From contig OZ024766.1 in NCBI GenBank assembly GCA_964016885.1, positions 11,346,001 through 11,410,000 on the forward strand: DNA of 64,000 nucleotides, read 5' to 3'. The stretch comes from Eledone cirrhosa (lineage: Eukaryota). A program made the translations under genes and the position numbers. Positions 63,656-64,000 of this stretch are shown here, piece after piece (within the stretch, counting starts at the first letter, position 1; each line of letters starts with the position of its first letter). The notes below the pieces were generated by a model. That model worked only from the letters and a program-made list of their open reading frames with translations, did not search any database and was not told the DNA's origin.

Positions 63656-63767
63656 ACGTATGTGTATATGCATGTATATGTATGTGACCTCATAACTATG
63701 TGTTCGCGCGTGTATATATATATATTATATGTGTGTGTGTATATGTGTATATGTATATGTGTGTGTG
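62740..63767. repeat. (TG/TA)n compound microsatellite with short interspersed units
   Basis: Direct inspection of the sequence. Confidence 0.9.
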
Positions 63768-64000
63768 ACTTCACGGCTGTACGTAAGTGTGTGTGTGCGT
63801 GTGTGTGTGACCGTGTGCCAGACATGTGCTCGGTCGGGAGGGGGGGGGGCGCATGCGCAGGCACGCGTGTGTCTGGGTGAGTGTGGAGGGTAGGAGCGTG
63901 TCGTTGTGTATGTGTGTGTGTGTGTAGGGACGTGTGTGTGTGTGTGTGTAGGTGCGTGTGGTTGCTGCTTTGTGGCGGCGGTGGTGGTGGTGGTGGTGGT

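Overview
Repeat-saturated animal genomic DNA. The SINE/LINE repertoire and microsatellite load suggest a coleoid cephalopod, probably an octopod (inference). The only confident gene is the 3' end of a + strand GAK/auxilin gene: six GT-AG exons at 1-16406, ending in the HPD-containing J domain. Almost all ORF-track entries are repeat artefacts. The rest comprises tRNA-derived SINEs, RTE and L1/Tx1 LINE fragments, a DD37D/maT-like DNA transposon, tiny TA-inserted MITEs, many minisatellites and microsatellites. Most notable: (1) the GAK introns carry hammerhead-ribozyme (HHR) motifs from about four distinct families, all readable on the sense strand and resembling Penelope-like element (PLE) HHRs; three fold completely by eye, and one is locked in a perfect 80-bp fold-back hairpin. 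(2) Two large inverted arrays of one SINE-derived 48-49 bp unit bracket three GAK exons. (3) A 65-bp satellite is an amplified piece of RTE coding sequence. (4) A Tx1-type LINE appears to target (TATC)n. All folding and alignment was done by eye; no searches were run.
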